64,000 bases of DNA from Scytonema sp. NUACC26 (GTDB lineage: Bacteria > Cyanobacteriota > Cyanobacteriia > Cyanobacteriales > Nostocaceae), in the NCBI RefSeq assembly GCF_045865695.1, contig NZ_BAACAP010000234.1, forward strand, positions 1 to 64,000, given 5' to 3'. The notes under the pieces are model-generated. The model was not told the DNA's origin, ran no database searches, and saw only the letters and a list, made by a program, of their open reading frames with translations. Below, in pieces: positions 18,722 to 28,455 of this stretch (positions are counted from its first letter, which is position 1; each line of letters starts with the position of its first letter). Both the position numbers and the translations under genes were made by a program.

Positions 18722-19972
18722 ATGTATCAATATAGTATTAGTTTTTTATTTATTATCTTACTTGCGGTAAACTTAATGTTTCCTCAGTTGGCATTAGCAG
18801 AAGATGAACTTCAAACACAATTCTTAGCTCAGATACAAAGCCCAAAACAATCAATGTCTCCCAAAGCAGCTTTAGAAAGATTATTTGTTAGCAAACAAAT
18901 ACAACCTGATTGGTTTGCATCAGAATTTTTAGCTCAAGTATCCATAGTGCAAATACGACAAGTCATTGCTGAATTAAAGAAGCAGTTGGGAAATTATCAA
19001 GGTATACAAAATAATGAGCGAGATTACTTGGTACTTTTTAGTCAAGCTTCAGTACCTACTAAAGTAGTTTTAAATCCCAAAGGTCAGATTTCAGGTTTGC
19101 TGTTTCAACCTCCGCAAGCTAAAGTTGTTAGTTTAGAAGAAGCGATCGCTCAATTTAAAGTATTACCCGGTCAAGTTAGTTTTCTAGTTCAAGAAAACAA
19201 CACGACAAAAGCTGAATTAAACACTAGAACACCTCTAGCTGTTGGTTCAGCTTTTAAGCTAGCCGTACTCCAAGCACTGAAATCAGAAATGGCTTCAAGC
19301 AAAAAGACATGGAAAGATGTCGTGCAACTGATACCGGGTGAGAAAAGTTTACCATCTGGAATGTTACAAACATGGCCAGATGGGTCATACTTGACAGTGC
19401 AGACACTTGCAGCTTTGATGATTTCTCTCAGCGATAATACGGCAACAGATATATTAATTAACTTGCTCGGACGAGAGGAAATTGAGTCTGTGTCACCCCG
19501 TAACCGTCCTTTCCTGACAACCCGCGAAATGTTTGTTTTAAAAGGTTCTGGAAATCTGGACTTATTGAAACGTTATCAAACAAGCAACGAATCTCAACGC
19601 CGTGCAATATTGAGAGAGATTGCCAAAAAACCGCTTCCTGATGTGAACGAATTTATAGGGACTAACCCAGTTGCTTTGGATGTAGAATGGTTTTTTACGG
19701 CAGAAGAACTCTGCGAACTCATGAAACAAGTTGCCGATTTGCCACTGATGAGTATTAATCCTGGTGTTGCTAATGCCGAAAATTGGCAACAGGTAGCGTA
19801 TAAAGGGGGATCTGAGCCTGGTGTTCTGAATTTGACAACTTGGTTACAGGCAAAGAATGGTAAAAATTACTGTATGGTTGCTACTTGGAACAACAGCAAT
19901 GCAGCTGTAGAAGAGTCGAAGTTTACGGCATTGTATGGTGGGGTAATTGCTAAACTAGCAGCTAATAATTAA
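18722..19972 (+). CDS. Secreted serine hydrolase of the class A beta-lactamase fold.
   Basis: Signal peptide. S-x-x-K (GSAFKLAV), SDN (ISLSDNTATD) and a KGG variant (AYKGGSEPG) of the KTG motif. Confidence 0.7.
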   Translation: MYQYSISFLFIILLAVNLMFPQLALAEDELQTQFLAQIQSPKQSMSPKAALERLFVSKQIQPDWFASEFLAQVSIVQIRQVIAELKKQLGNYQGIQNNERDYLVLFSQASVPTKVVLNPKGQISGLLFQPPQAKVVSLEEAIAQFKVLPGQVSFLVQENNTTKAELNTRTPLAVGSAFKLAVLQALKSEMASSKKTWKDVVQLIPGEKSLPSGMLQTWPDGSYLTVQTLAALMISLSDNTATDILINLLGREEIESVSPRNRPFLTTREMFVLKGSGNLDLLKRYQTSNESQRRAILREIAKKPLPDVNEFIGTNPVALDVEWFFTAEELCELMKQVADLPLMSINPGVANAENWQQVAYKGGSEPGVLNLTTWLQAKNGKNYCMVATWNNSNAAVEESKFTALYGGVIAKLAANN

Positions 19973-19975
19973 TGT

Positions 19976-19996
19976 CATGCACGTTATCAGGCGTAA
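19976..19996 (+). pseudogene. Orphan 5' fragment of a second higB copy (first 20 nt, 19 of 20 identical to the higB start at 17293).
   Basis: atgcacgttatcaggcgtaa compared with atgcacgttatcagccgtaa. The downstream sequence is unrelated. Confidence 0.5.
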
Positions 19997-20253
19997 TTTG
20001 AGCTACTTATGAGTCGAATACGCATTGTTTGGGCAGAACAGAAGGTAGGAGTTGCAAGGAATGCGAGCGAACAACTTTTGAATTAGCATTGAGTGTAATA
20101 TGGTATTGCGAGCGCTTCCTTAGTAGCTTGGAATTAAACTCCAGAGCTACAGAGGATACAAAAGAAAGCGTTTCTGTATTTTCCGTACTTTCCAGAAGAA
20201 GACAGAGGTTACAATCAAGGTCGTGAAGCCAATGCCTGTAGGACTCGGGGACT

Positions 20254-21618
20254 ATGAGAATTAAGCAAATTTCCGTCAGAGGCTTATTCGGAATTTTCGA
20301 TCATGTGATTCCATTGAACATGGATGAACGCATCACTATCATTCATGGTCCAAATGGGTTTGGTAAAACTGCAATATTAAGAATTTTAAATAGTTTTTTT
20401 AACTCTCGATATGCAGAATTAAGAACTATCGCGTTTAGAAGTTTTCGAGTAGAGTTTAATAATAGTAATGTTATTGAAATTATAAAAAATTCTGATAATG
20501 AGAAAGGCGAACCCAGAAATAATCTTGTTTTTTATTTCTATCATCCTAATTCAGATATACTTTCTTTTTCTCCAAGACCAATTAAGATTCGTACTGACTT
20601 AGACATTCCTATTAGTAGTATTTTAGATGAATTGATACCAGGATTAGAACGTATAAGTCCAAGAAAATGGTTATATATTCCTACTGAAGAAACACTTTCT
20701 TTAGAAGAAGTTATAGAGCGTTTTGAAAATTTATTGCCCTCTGATTTTAAATTGCAAGAATCACGAGAAGAGCCTGAGTGGCTAGAAAAATTAAAGAGCA
20801 ATATTCATGTGCGATTAATTGAATCGCAACGCTTGCTTAACTTTGTTCCTAACCGTTCTTCCAGAAGAAATCTGACAACACCTTCAATGTTGTCAACTGT
20901 ATCTGCCTATTCTGATGAACTTGCCAAGCTGATGCAAGATAAATTTAAGGAGTACGGTACAATATCTCAATCTCTCGATCGAACTTTTCCCGTAAGAGTG
21001 GTGAAGCAACAACCAGTTTCAGATTTAACAGATGAACAGCTTCGTCATCAACTAAACAACCTTGAAGAGACTCGCTCTCATCTTATAGAAGTAGGTTTGT
21101 TAGATAAAGATGAAGATTCAGAATTTCAAATTCAGCCTCAAGATATCGATGAAAGCACTAAAAATGCTTTGTCAGTATACGTTGAAGATGTTGAAAAAAA
21201 GCTGAGTGTTTTTGTTGAAATAGCTGACAAGATTGAGTTGTTAAGGACAATTATCAATAACAAATTTGCTTATTCCTACAAAAAGATAAGCTTTAGTAAG
21301 GATAAGGGATTCGTTTTTACAACACATAACTCTCCACTATCTAATTTAAAAACTCTTTCATCAACAGATTTATCATCTGGCGAACAACATGAGTTAGTGC
21401 TTCTCTACGAACTGCTATTTAAAGTCCAACCTAACTCTCTAGTCTTAATTGATGAACCCGAACTATCTCTTCATGTAGGATGGCAAATACAGTTTTTAAA
21501 AGATTTACAAGAAATTATAAAGCTCACAGATGTAGATGTTCTAATGGCTACTCATTCACCAGATATCATTCAAGATCGCTGGGATTTAACAGTTGAACTC
21601 AAAGGGTTAGAAAAGTGA
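20254..21618 (+). CDS. ABC-type / RecF-SMC-like AAA ATPase (AAA_15/AAA_21 family), resembling the AriA ATPase of the PARIS defense system.
   Basis: Walker A GPNGFGKT, signature LSSGEQ, Walker B LVLIDEPELSLH, H-loop MATHSP. A long insertion lies between Walker A and the signature motif. Confidence 0.85.
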   Translation: MRIKQISVRGLFGIFDHVIPLNMDERITIIHGPNGFGKTAILRILNSFFNSRYAELRTIAFRSFRVEFNNSNVIEIIKNSDNEKGEPRNNLVFYFYHPNSDILSFSPRPIKIRTDLDIPISSILDELIPGLERISPRKWLYIPTEETLSLEEVIERFENLLPSDFKLQESREEPEWLEKLKSNIHVRLIESQRLLNFVPNRSSRRNLTTPSMLSTVSAYSDELAKLMQDKFKEYGTISQSLDRTFPVRVVKQQPVSDLTDEQLRHQLNNLEETRSHLIEVGLLDKDEDSEFQIQPQDIDESTKNALSVYVEDVEKKLSVFVEIADKIELLRTIINNKFAYSYKKISFSKDKGFVFTTHNSPLSNLKTLSSTDLSSGEQHELVLLYELLFKVQPNSLVLIDEPELSLHVGWQIQFLKDLQEIIKLTDVDVLMATHSPDIIQDRWDLTVELKGLEK

Positions 21619-22481
21619 GAGAGTTTCTGACGATTGACCGGGAAGCCAACCAAATTCGATTGCGGCGGAGTACTTTTTCAGGAACTTTTTTATTAGTGGA
21701 AGGTAGTTCCGACAAAACTTTCTACGAGCGTTTTATTGACAAAGCAGCTTGTCAATTAGCCAGCGTTTCGGGAAAACCTTCAAGTAAGCTGCGTGCGATC
21801 GCTGTTTTAGAAATTTTAGAAAAATCAACTTTCCAAGGAATTCTAGCTATTATTGATGCAGACTTTGAGCGCCTTGAAACTTTAACATACACCAGTCCTA
21901 ATCTGTTTCGCACCGACACTCACGATCTTGAAACTATGCTAATCAACTCACCAGCACTTAACAAAGTAGTTGCTGAATTTGGCTCTGAAGAGAAAATAGC
22001 TCAGTTTAATCGAGAGATAAGATTAGCATTGCTTGAAACTGGAATGTCAGTAGGTTATCTGCGTTGGCTTTCTCAGTGTGATGGGTTGAACCTAACCTTT
22101 GAGGGTATTACATTCAGCAAATTCATTGATGAGCAAACTCTACAGATTGATGAGCTTAAACTGATTCGAGAAGTGAAAAATAAATCTCAAGCCTTTTCCT
22201 TGAAAGATGAAGATCTGCAACAACGGCTCATGAGCCAAAAAAACAAAAGTCACGATTCTTGGCAAATCTGCTGCGGTCACGATCTAGTGCAACTTCTGTC
22301 ACTCGGCTTACGCAGAGCGATTGGCTCTAACAAAGTTGCTGATGTTGAACCTAACAGTCTTGAGCGTAATTTGCGGCTTGCCTATGAAGAAGTTTACTTC
22401 TGTAAGACACAGCTTTACCTAGATGTTCGCATATGGGAAAACAATAATCAACCGTTTAGGGTTCTCCGCAACGAAGTTTAA
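21615..22481 (+). CDS. DUF4435 / Toprim-like (OLD-family-type) nuclease-domain protein, an AriB-like partner of the upstream ATPase. GTG start overlapping the upstream stop (GTGA).
   Basis: Toprim-like conserved acidic residues: LLVEGSSDKTFYERF (Glu) and ILAIIDADFERLE (DxD). Size and gene coupling match the two-gene ATPase plus DUF4435 arrangement. Confidence 0.65.
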   Translation: MREFLTIDREANQIRLRRSTFSGTFLLVEGSSDKTFYERFIDKAACQLASVSGKPSSKLRAIAVLEILEKSTFQGILAIIDADFERLETLTYTSPNLFRTDTHDLETMLINSPALNKVVAEFGSEEKIAQFNREIRLALLETGMSVGYLRWLSQCDGLNLTFEGITFSKFIDEQTLQIDELKLIREVKNKSQAFSLKDEDLQQRLMSQKNKSHDSWQICCGHDLVQLLSLGLRRAIGSNKVADVEPNSLERNLRLAYEEVYFCKTQLYLDVRIWENNNQPFRVLRNEV

Positions 22482-22591
22482 CGATGCATATATTCCGTTT
22501 GTTAATATTTACCTTTTTTTGGAAGCACCTTAATTTTTTACTAGTAGCTGGGAACTATATCACTGTAGTCTTTTACAGTGGTGAGTCAGCT

Positions 22592-23848
22592 ATGACGTTT
22601 AAAATTCTTAGCTTAGATGGTGGTGGAATCCGTGGTGTAGTTTCGCTACAAATGCTACAAGAGGTGGAACGTGAAATCTGGGAAACTTATAAATTAGAGT
22701 TGCATCAATACTTTGACATGATTGCTGGTACTTCCACTGGTTCAATTATCGCTGCTGGGTTGGCAAAGGGCTTAAATACAAAACAACTTCTTGAGCTATA
22801 CAGAAACAATGCCAAGGACATCTTTCCTTACCCGAAGACAGTATTTGGAAAAGCTTGGCAAAAGGTCAGAAGTATATTTTTTCCCAAATATGCTCATGAT
22901 GGATTAGAGCAAGCACTTTCACAAAAAGGTGCTTTGGGCGATACAAAAATTTGTGACATTTCCCAAACTCTATTGTTAATTCTTGCTTATGATATGCGTT
23001 ATCGCAACACAACTTTTTTTACCAATTTCCATCCCGATTTGGGACTACGCTGGTACGATGAACTTCCACTAACAGATATATGTATTAGTTCCGCATCAGC
23101 ACCTACTTTCTTCCCACCACGTGAATTGAAAGCATTTGATGAAAAGAAGTTTGGTAAATGGTCATTTCCCCATATTGATGGTGGGGTTTGTGCTAATAAT
23201 CCATCTTTAGCCGCAATTAGCCAAGCTTTAAAGATAAGCCGCAATCCTAAAATCTCTGTAGAAGAGAAGCAAAAATATAACTTAGAGAATCTCAAACTAG
23301 AAAATATTTCTGTACTTTCTATTGGTACGGGTAGAAGCGCAAATCCTTATGAATACGAACAAATCAAAAGATGGACTTCATTGAGTTGGGTAGCACGACT
23401 TGTGGATGTGTTCATGGAGCCGACAGGTGAAATAAATGCTACCATCTGTCAAAATATTATCGGAGGTTTTGAGTCGGGACGTTACCTTCGACTAGACTTT
23501 GATTTGAATGAAAGATATAAAGTTCTAGTTAACGAGGATGATAAAACCGCTCGTTCTCTGATTGGAAAAAAGGAGAAACGAAAAAATAAGTATTTAGTGG
23601 AAACTAAGTATTCATTTGAAACTGTTAATGAAGAGATGGATAATTCCACATCAACAAATATTGAGACTTTAATTGCAGCGGCTCAAGCCTTTATTAACTC
23701 TGGTCTGATTTATGATTCTAGAGTATACGGCAAAGGACCTAAAGTCAAAAATGCAATTACGGAGTTTATTGCTAACAATCCTGTTGCTCGCAATACTACA
23801 GACCAGTTTCAGGAACTATCAAGCATTGAGCCATTAATTCACACATAA
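22592..23848 (+). CDS. Patatin-like phospholipase with an approximately 200-aa uncharacterised C-terminal domain. The ORF is open from 22484, but the ATG at 22592 has an SD-like GGTGAG.
   Basis: Oxyanion GGGIRG (LDGGGIRGVV), nucleophile elbow GTSTGS, catalytic DGG (IDGGVCANNP). Confidence 0.9.
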   Translation: MTFKILSLDGGGIRGVVSLQMLQEVEREIWETYKLELHQYFDMIAGTSTGSIIAAGLAKGLNTKQLLELYRNNAKDIFPYPKTVFGKAWQKVRSIFFPKYAHDGLEQALSQKGALGDTKICDISQTLLLILAYDMRYRNTTFFTNFHPDLGLRWYDELPLTDICISSASAPTFFPPRELKAFDEKKFGKWSFPHIDGGVCANNPSLAAISQALKISRNPKISVEEKQKYNLENLKLENISVLSIGTGRSANPYEYEQIKRWTSLSWVARLVDVFMEPTGEINATICQNIIGGFESGRYLRLDFDLNERYKVLVNEDDKTARSLIGKKEKRKNKYLVETKYSFETVNEEMDNSTSTNIETLIAAAQAFINSGLIYDSRVYGKGPKVKNAITEFIANNPVARNTTDQFQELSSIEPLIHT

Positions 23849-24084
23849 GGGAACATCCTTTTTAGCAAATTGCGATTTGGAAAAATCCGGACACAATAAC
23901 TATTTGTGTCCTAAGAATAGTCCTAAAAATAATCGCTATTCAAGTCATGGAAAACGATTAAAGTGAGCGGTGTTGTGCGTAAATGTGAGTAAGACGCGAC
24001 CGCTCGCACTTCGATTGGAAACGGACTCATAGGCAACATTTTAATTGATGAATATAATGCGATTGCTGCTCTTATACAGTTTTA

Positions 24085-27000
24085 TCAATAACTGTCAAAA
24101 GGTGAAATTGAACCAGCAGAGCAAGAAGCAGGGTTAAATAACGGAGTATGAGGGAGCGCAGAAGGTACAATAGCTACTAAAACTACATTCCCTTTAGTAT
24201 CAACTACCCATCCTTGGGCTTCTACAATTGGAGACGAATTGACAAAATCTACTTTTTGTGTATTTCTCTGTGTTGCGACAGTCGTGTTTCGGATATCTGT
24301 AACATTATTCTCTCCCTCCGCCTTCAACGTTACCCAATTTGCCATCACTGCATCACCCATCAACGGTTCTGTAGGGCTAGATGATATTCCTCCACGTCCT
24401 GTCACAATCATAGAACTTTTTCTTTGATTTCCATCTCCACAGCTAGTAGCAACTTGCTGAGAAGCATCAACTAAATTTATGGGAAGTTCCACCAATCCGC
24501 CACTAGGGTCAACATCAGGTCTATTAATATTTACCTGACCGCTTAAATTAGGGCTTGTCTGAGAAATTGCCGTAATATCATTTGTTTGTAAGAGTTGAGG
24601 ATCGAGTTTGGTTGGCTCATTCGTTCCCAATATACTCACTAAGTCGGCGCGATCGCGAAGAATCATACCAAAAATAGCAGTAGCGTTGATATTAATTTTT
24701 CCACCCAAACCATTGAATGCATTGGCAACTACATCGCTATTTTCCTTTGGAACAGCAACTATGAAACCGTTGTTAGCATTGATAGTTATATTTCCACCAT
24801 TACCATTTTTACCAGCAATAGCCGATATCTGACCGTTGCGACGCATGAGTAATAATTTTTGCACGTCGATGGTAATATTTCCACCTTGACTAGATGCTGT
24901 ATTGGCAAATATGCCAGTAGGAGAATTTGCAGCAACCGAAGTCTGATTCAAGCTAGGTGTACTACCTGAAATAATCAGGCGATCGGCTTTGTTGATGTTA
25001 ATATTACCTGCATCACCATTTCCAGAAGCATTGGTAATTAATTGTCCGCCACTAGTGAGTTCTACAGTCTTTGCCTCAACAGTGATATTACCACCTCTGA
25101 ATGCATTTCCACTTTCTGCCCTTATATTTGCTGCATCTGATACTAGTAAAGTCCCAGTAGGAACCATAATGCTAATATCACCTGCTTCATCTCTAGCATA
25201 AGTTGTGCTGTTAGTTTGTAAAATAGATACGGGAGAAAATGTACGACGATTTGGGGCATTTGGAAAAAGTTGGCGACCTGAGATTTCTACTTTATCTGTA
25301 GCATTAATCTCAATCTTACCGGGTTTGCCACCATCAAAAGATTGACTTGTCACTTCTGCACCAGCAGTTATAGAAACAGACCTTCCACTGATTTTAATAT
25401 CACCAGCATTGCCCACATTAGGATTATTTTTTTTAGCTTCTGCCAAACCTACTTCAGTCGTAATCCGGCTATTTTGTACAGATACCAAACCCTGAGAGCC
25501 AATTGTAATATTGGCAGAATTCCCACTAACAAAGCTTTTGGTATTGATGTTGCTATTATTTGCTATGGACACCGATTCTTTACCAAACAGTGATATGTCT
25601 CGCGTACCCGTGACTTCACTAAACGTGGCACTAACAATATAAGCATTATCCAACGAGATCGAACCATTGGCTTTGAGTGATATACCTCCTCCACCTTTTC
25701 CCCCTCGGCGATTATAGGTGGATATGACTTTATTTTCTATATCTGTACCCAGCCCTATTAAAGATATAGAACCACTGGCTTCCACGGAAATATTTCCACT
25801 ACGTCCAAAACCAAAATTACCGATACTGTCGTTTCTATAGTTACTTGCATCCAATGCAGGCTTATCCTCTAGTCTAGGATTCCCACCTGGCTGGATATAA
25901 GCCGGGTTAGTAATGAAAATATCACCTGCTTTTATATTGATATCACCTGCATCACCTCTACCCAAGGTACGGCTCCGAAGGAATCCATCATTAAGTTCAA
26001 CTTTATCTACTGCATTAACTTGAATATTGCCAGATTTCCCACCACCTCTTGAGGATACGGTAGATACTTCCGATCCACCAGTTAGAGAAACAGACCGTCC
26101 ATTGATTTCAATATTACCAGCGTTAGTAACTACAGATGTATTTGTTGGTGGATCTGTATGAGTAAAAATCCTGCTATTTTGTACGATTACAGAACCCTCA
26201 GATTTTACTTTAATATCTCCTGCATTTCCACTCAAAAAGCTAGAGGCATTAATCCTGCTCGCATCCGCCAAAGATAGTCCCTCTTTGCCAAATAGCGATA
26301 TGTCACCTCCTCCCGCAACCTCGCTAAAGGTAGCACTGACAACATAAGCATTTGATAAACTCAGAGAACCGTTGGCTTTGAGCGATATATCTCCTCCGCC
26401 TTTTCCTCCACGGCGATTGTAGGTGGATATGACTTTATTTTGTTGATTGTTCTGTAGATCTTTACCTAGTCCTATTAAAGATATGGAACCATTGGTTTCT
26501 AAGGAGATATTACCACTGCGCCCGGTTCCATAACCATTGAGTCCAGAGTCATTACTGTAATTACCTGCATCTATTGCTGGTTTGTCATCTAGTGTCGATC
26601 TGTTACCAGGATCGGGATAAGCAGGGTTTGCGATCGCAATATCGCCATTCGCTTTAACATTAATGTTACCTGCATCACCACTCCCCAAAGTGCGAGTCTT
26701 CAACCTTCCACCCTTCAATTCCACTGAATTCGCATTAACGTTAATGTCACCAGTATTACCATTCGATCTAGTCCCAGCCACATTTTCAACCAGGCTGTCC
26801 CCATCCATTTTTAATGCTCCAGTAGCGTTAAGCGAAATATTTCCAGTCTCATTTGCCACTTTTGTCAAACCGGGCTTAATTCCAGCAGAAATCTGGCTTC
26901 CTCCAGAAATATCTAAATTACGAGTGGTAATTGCTATACTCCCAACACCTTTATCCATCACATTAACAGAAGCTCGATTGGTGAGAGATACATCTGCTCT

Positions 27001-27777
27001 TTCTACTTCTGAGGGAACGCTTAAGAATAAGTTGCTACCATCAAGATTCAGCCCTACCGTTCCCGATCCATTAACTCCAGCCAACTCAATCCGACCATCT
27101 GCAGCCTGCAACAAACCGCCATCTACACTGACCTTACCACCCACCAGTGCCAAAGTTTTACCCGGTTGCACCTGTAGACCAACAGCTCGAGCGCTTCCAT
27201 CCTTTGACTGGGATTGATTGACAATGCTTCCCGCATTACCTCCAAATTGCAGACCAATAGGAACACTAATTGTTAACAAAGAAGTTGTTTGAGGTGCAGC
27301 CGCGCTAAACTTTGTACCATCTGCAAAATTCAGACTTGTCGCCGTACTTGCAAAGAACGAGCCGCCGATATTCAGCGCTGCGTTTTTGCCAAAAATAATT
27401 CCATTTGGGTTGAGCAAAAATAAGTTAGCTGAACCATTAGTACGAATTAATCCATCAATGTTAGAGATTGACTGACCTGTAACTCGACTGATAATATTTT
27501 GAACATTTACAGAGTTATTAAAGAAAGCAGTGCTACCCGTAGGAACAGAAAACTCTTGAAAACTATGAAACAGGTTACCATTAGCTGGCGTGCCTCCTTC
27601 AATAATTCTGGTGGCACCATCTAATCTAACGGTAGAATTATTGGGCAGAGTAGTATCTGGAGAGATTTGGGCAATGGCATAATTGGTAGAGAAAAAAAAT
27701 GTACTGCTTATCGGTATACCTAGTAACAAAACCCAACGGTTACTCATCAGAGACATTGCGCTCTCCCAGTGCTGCAT
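24085..27777 (-). CDS. Filamentous hemagglutinin-type (TpsA/FhaB-like) giant exoprotein with an N-terminal TPS secretion domain and beta-helical repeats. Contains a tandem duplication of roughly 265 aa.
   Basis: Signal peptide. TPS domain with NPNGIIFG, beta-helix G-rich repeats. Two near-identical segments (..NPAYPDPGNRSTLDDKPAIDAGNY.. and ..NPAYIQPGGNPRLEDKPALDASNY..). No TpsB transporter gene in the window. Confidence 0.85.
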   Translation of the reverse strand: MQHWESAMSLMSNRWVLLLGIPISSTFFFSTNYAIAQISPDTTLPNNSTVRLDGATRIIEGGTPANGNLFHSFQEFSVPTGSTAFFNNSVNVQNIISRVTGQSISNIDGLIRTNGSANLFLLNPNGIIFGKNAALNIGGSFFASTATSLNFADGTKFSAAAPQTTSLLTISVPIGLQFGGNAGSIVNQSQSKDGSARAVGLQVQPGKTLALVGGKVSVDGGLLQAADGRIELAGVNGSGTVGLNLDGSNLFLSVPSEVERADVSLTNRASVNVMDKGVGSIAITTRNLDISGGSQISAGIKPGLTKVANETGNISLNATGALKMDGDSLVENVAGTRSNGNTGDINVNANSVELKGGRLKTRTLGSGDAGNINVKANGDIAIANPAYPDPGNRSTLDDKPAIDAGNYSNDSGLNGYGTGRSGNISLETNGSISLIGLGKDLQNNQQNKVISTYNRRGGKGGGDISLKANGSLSLSNAYVVSATFSEVAGGGDISLFGKEGLSLADASRINASSFLSGNAGDIKVKSEGSVIVQNSRIFTHTDPPTNTSVVTNAGNIEINGRSVSLTGGSEVSTVSSRGGGKSGNIQVNAVDKVELNDGFLRSRTLGRGDAGDINIKAGDIFITNPAYIQPGGNPRLEDKPALDASNYRNDSIGNFGFGRSGNISVEASGSISLIGLGTDIENKVISTYNRRGGKGGGGISLKANGSISLDNAYIVSATFSEVTGTRDISLFGKESVSIANNSNINTKSFVSGNSANITIGSQGLVSVQNSRITTEVGLAEAKKNNPNVGNAGDIKISGRSVSITAGAEVTSQSFDGGKPGKIEINATDKVEISGRQLFPNAPNRRTFSPVSILQTNSTTYARDEAGDISIMVPTGTLLVSDAANIRAESGNAFRGGNITVEAKTVELTSGGQLITNASGNGDAGNININKADRLIISGSTPSLNQTSVAANSPTGIFANTASSQGGNITIDVQKLLLMRRNGQISAIAGKNGNGGNITINANNGFIVAVPKENSDVVANAFNGLGGKININATAIFGMILRDRADLVSILGTNEPTKLDPQLLQTNDITAISQTSPNLSGQVNINRPDVDPSGGLVELPINLVDASQQVATSCGDGNQRKSSMIVTGRGGISSSPTEPLMGDAVMANWVTLKAEGENNVTDIRNTTVATQRNTQKVDFVNSSPIVEAQGWVVDTKGNVVLVAIVPSALPHTPLFNPASCSAGSISPFDSY

Positions 27778-27859
27778 AAAAGTTCTATATACAGTATTAA
27801 TACATACGTCCGTGGAGAGGCTCAGTGACTATAACTTATTTCTTAACTGAGTGCATCAG

Positions 27860-28096
27860 CTAGTCTGACTTCAGCACTTCTAAATTGCTAATAATTTTAT
27901 CGTTTCGGATATCCTCTAACCACTCGTCATACAATAAGGCACATCGAGCAGGGAAAGTACTGAGAGTTGCAATAGCTTTATTTATTTCACTCACCCAGGC
28001 TTTTGCCTTCTCTGGAGAATCATTCTGCCGAATCCATTTTGCTGCTGTTTTGATATCAGCTTTTGCTACAGGAAGAATAATGACTCGATATTTCAT
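27860..28096 (-). CDS. RelE/ParE-family toxin-like protein, possibly truncated or divergent.
   Basis: N-terminus MKYRVIILPVAKADIKTAAKWI is typical of ParE/RelE toxins. Overlaps the upstream antitoxin gene by 4 nt. Confidence 0.5.
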   Translation of the reverse strand: MKYRVIILPVAKADIKTAAKWIRQNDSPEKAKAWVSEINKAIATLSTFPARCALLYDEWLEDIRNDKIISNLEVLKSD

Positions 28097-28380
28097 TTCT
28101 CATCCAGCGATTGCATAATCTCTCTAAATACCTCGTCAACAGGCTCCCCTTTTCCTTCCTTCATTTCTTGCAGTGCTACTTTGATCGCTTCAATTGTCTC
28201 AAGCCTTTCGACAAGCTCAAGCAACTTTTGATAAGATTCTACATCTTGCACTACAAGCTCGGCTTTTCCGTTAACCGTTAAAACTACTGGCTTACCTGTT
28301 TTCCTCAACTGATCCATGAACTCAGCGGTATTTCGCTTGAAGTTTGAGAGAGAATTAATACCCCTGCTGATGTCTAACAC
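28093..28380 (-). CDS. Phd/YefM-family antitoxin. Likely GTG start at 28380, preceded by a perfect GGAGG SD. The ORF track extends to 28443.
   Basis: NFKRNTAEFMDQLRKTGKPVVLTVNGKAELVVQDVESYQKLLELVERLE, the Phd/YefM fold signature. aggaggtaatGTG lies upstream. Confidence 0.7.
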   Translation of the reverse strand: MLDISRGINSLSNFKRNTAEFMDQLRKTGKPVVLTVNGKAELVVQDVESYQKLLELVERLETIEAIKVALQEMKEGKGEPVDEVFREIMQSLDEK

Positions 28381-28455
28381 ATTACCTCCTAAGCAATCAC
28401 TCTTTTGAGTATACACTAAATTTAGTGCAAATTTAGCGTACACCTATCAATAGAT

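Noticed and set aside
20029-20226. 65-aa ORF upstream of the ATPase gene.
   Set aside because: No RBS and no motifs. It lies in the likely promoter/leader region of the defense cluster, next to the higB fragment.
24239-27217. Plus-strand ORFs (62-184 aa) inside the FhaB-like gene.
   Set aside because: Antisense of a G/N/S-rich repetitive gene. They have no motifs and fall entirely within a strongly supported 1230-aa CDS.
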